Assembly: GCA_964464755.1 (NCBI GenBank)
Contig: CAYXGZ010000012.1
Span: 43,755-67,754, forward strand
DNA from: an uncultured Planctomycetales bacterium
GTDB taxonomy: Bacteria; Planctomycetota; MHYJ01; JACPRB01
Length of the DNA: 24,000 nt
Direction of reading: 5' to 3'
The notes beneath the pieces were generated by a model. The model saw only the letters and a list, made by a program, of their open reading frames with translations. It searched no databases and was not told the origin of the DNA. Shown piece after piece: positions 23,901-24,000 of the stretch. The position numbers and the translations under genes were made by a program. Position 1 is the first letter of the stretch, and every line of letters starts with the position of its first letter.

Positions 23901-24000
23901 TCCAACGACCGCAAGGAGACCCACCAGGTCGGGGCCGTGCGGAACCAGCCGAACCCGCCGGACACCGTGACCCCCAACAACCCGTCGGTCGTCTTCAACG
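20985..24000 (+). CDS. Giant GspK-like minor pseudopilin (more than 1005 aa, runs off the right edge) with internal LamG-type domain
   Basis: Absent from the track because it has no stop in the window; translated by hand in the frame of ATG 20985, with an in-frame TGA upstream at 20898. MPRTSRRSGLALVLVLTVVMALAIIATPF is a pilin-like hydrophobic N-terminus lacking Glu+5, as in GspK. VIVQDEQGKVNSLS (21327-21359) and HPVNVNTARRETLIAMLEGL (about 21717-21773) match the GspK DE.GK.NLN and NxNTA helix-hairpin-helix motifs. At about 22440-22900 the sequence reads GTEFWIRFDG...DTWYHIAIYWKGTRYGHMLLMIDGF, which is LamG-like. The frame is still open at 24000. Confidence 0.8.
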   Translation, partial: MPRTSRRSGLALVLVLTVVMALAIIATPFVLSMIEQERTAVTGRAWQQAFTGAEGVRNFAITRVLAGTDGIERHGNPPGTPYLDTRSETFVDLRDARLRNAGVLDGKGNLWGVIVQDEQGKVNSLSAPGPVLQNLRRVVDPRVVDPKDYLTIYSSRPGRWIHPQRIRDLGTFTNQIGSITGLQLDSVVHLAQGAKVRISKPGLPAIEAEVVQNGRFFFGIEAISTSPSVGVNYANGLVEVEARHPVNVNTARRETLIAMLEGLALAWPATMPQGQKSAVLSRSDAMDVADAIRDKGFQTWDAFVQAVLGTQVDDLAKCAVILNAVDPTNFLLATAGGQGSGTLPFCFTSCETITVLARSSVNNPQGVPVSGAGFREVIDYAPATTLTLHVENEYDFDRFLGPPRFVVNGNSISLGQDAAVTMQMAGWPGAYNGYPFGARIMTFPTAIASGQPADMTLKPQPAQTENYLSMRTDRDVRGGGQWINNFNHFDAEVDGLKLVNAVHSPGTWDTVFSRNPNQFGPDPTQNFPDVSAGGTEFWIRFDGSVPAALKLFDIREGDKSNRISLEIEAKDIVYRITDGTVGRQNAQNFVLDKGWSEIRAVHPFVADTWYHIAIYWKGTRYGHMLLMIDGFVPTGAKWRCVDDESLTDCSTELINPLTIPTDPNDLNQTYISLPMKNTGWLQKPASWPSTEPFIVPLLIGAEVFHYEPDTGMAARGQRATAFQDHVAGAKVTLFGYASRIRDLDVNIDYGDGEPPVQMRFDFLPRAQAVTTRQFGAMMTASINGPDDIDADGMATELAMATTTGIKFTTNDTAAWPQPGFIRIQNEAIYYEKITVQDATNGTFDNCTRGAEATIAADHPAGSMIEMWGIAVDMLDANIPLNTALMIQDELFWPVRTTTNTTDPSQINFWVGVVVNPGMSNAIARPLRRDPVAGPQVPHPAGERIIPGFAIRESDPGQFRWNAARGDLVTVVDSNDRKETHQVGAVRNQPNPPDTVTPNNPSVVFN

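Noticed and set aside
11554-23924. Very long minus-strand ORFs (11554..13530, 13785..16436, 16177..20214 of 1345 aa, 20784..23924 of 1046 aa) that might suggest antisense giant genes
   Set aside because: All are antisense to plus-strand genes with clear domain signatures. Their products are dominated by Arg/Gly/Pro/Ala/Asp/Leu with no recognisable motifs, and the GC3 periodicity follows the plus-strand frames.
1-24000. Search for CRISPR arrays, IS elements, integrases, rRNA and toxin-antitoxin or defence-island signatures
   Set aside because: I noticed no spaced direct repeats, terminal inverted repeats, transposase or recombinase motifs, or rRNA-like sequence. The only exact repeat found is the 35-nt pilin signal repeat.

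Overview
This is a high-GC (roughly 70% by eye) bacterial chromosomal window with strong GC3 codon bias. Most long ORFs in the six-frame track are therefore antisense or out-of-frame artefacts, rich in Arg/Gly/Pro/Ala. All calls come from my own translation and motif recognition; no homology search was run.

Content as I read it:

1. **1-3071.** A secreted peptidase-M64-like gene runs off the left edge on the minus strand; its HExxH motif reads HAWAH. It is preceded by a 78-aa orphan gene. A membrane-anchored hypothetical protein lies divergently on the plus strand.
2. **3106-11203, all minus strand.** tRNA-Leu(CAG) with its own near-consensus promoter, then a housekeeping block: rny-ymdB, followed by xseA-(DUF1624-like membrane protein)-xseB-ispA-dxs.
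3. **11204-11661.** A 458-nt divergent intergenic region with several stem-loops and an AT-rich island.
4. **11662 to beyond 24000, plus strand.** A tightly packed seven-gene type IV filament / type II secretion-like cluster, which is the most interesting part. In order it encodes:
   - an FHA-TM-CBM-like protein;
   - a covalent PilM-PilN fusion;
   - a PilO/GspM-like protein;
   - a 941-aa TM/Pro-rich/TPR/beta-sandwich protein in the PilP/GspC position;
   - a GspG-like pseudopilin;
   - a pseudopilin fused to a LamG domain;
   - a GspK-like protein of more than 1005 aa with a LamG insert.

   No ATPase, platform protein, secretin, prepilin peptidase or GspI/J is visible in the window.

I saw no CRISPR array, rRNA, transposase or integrase.
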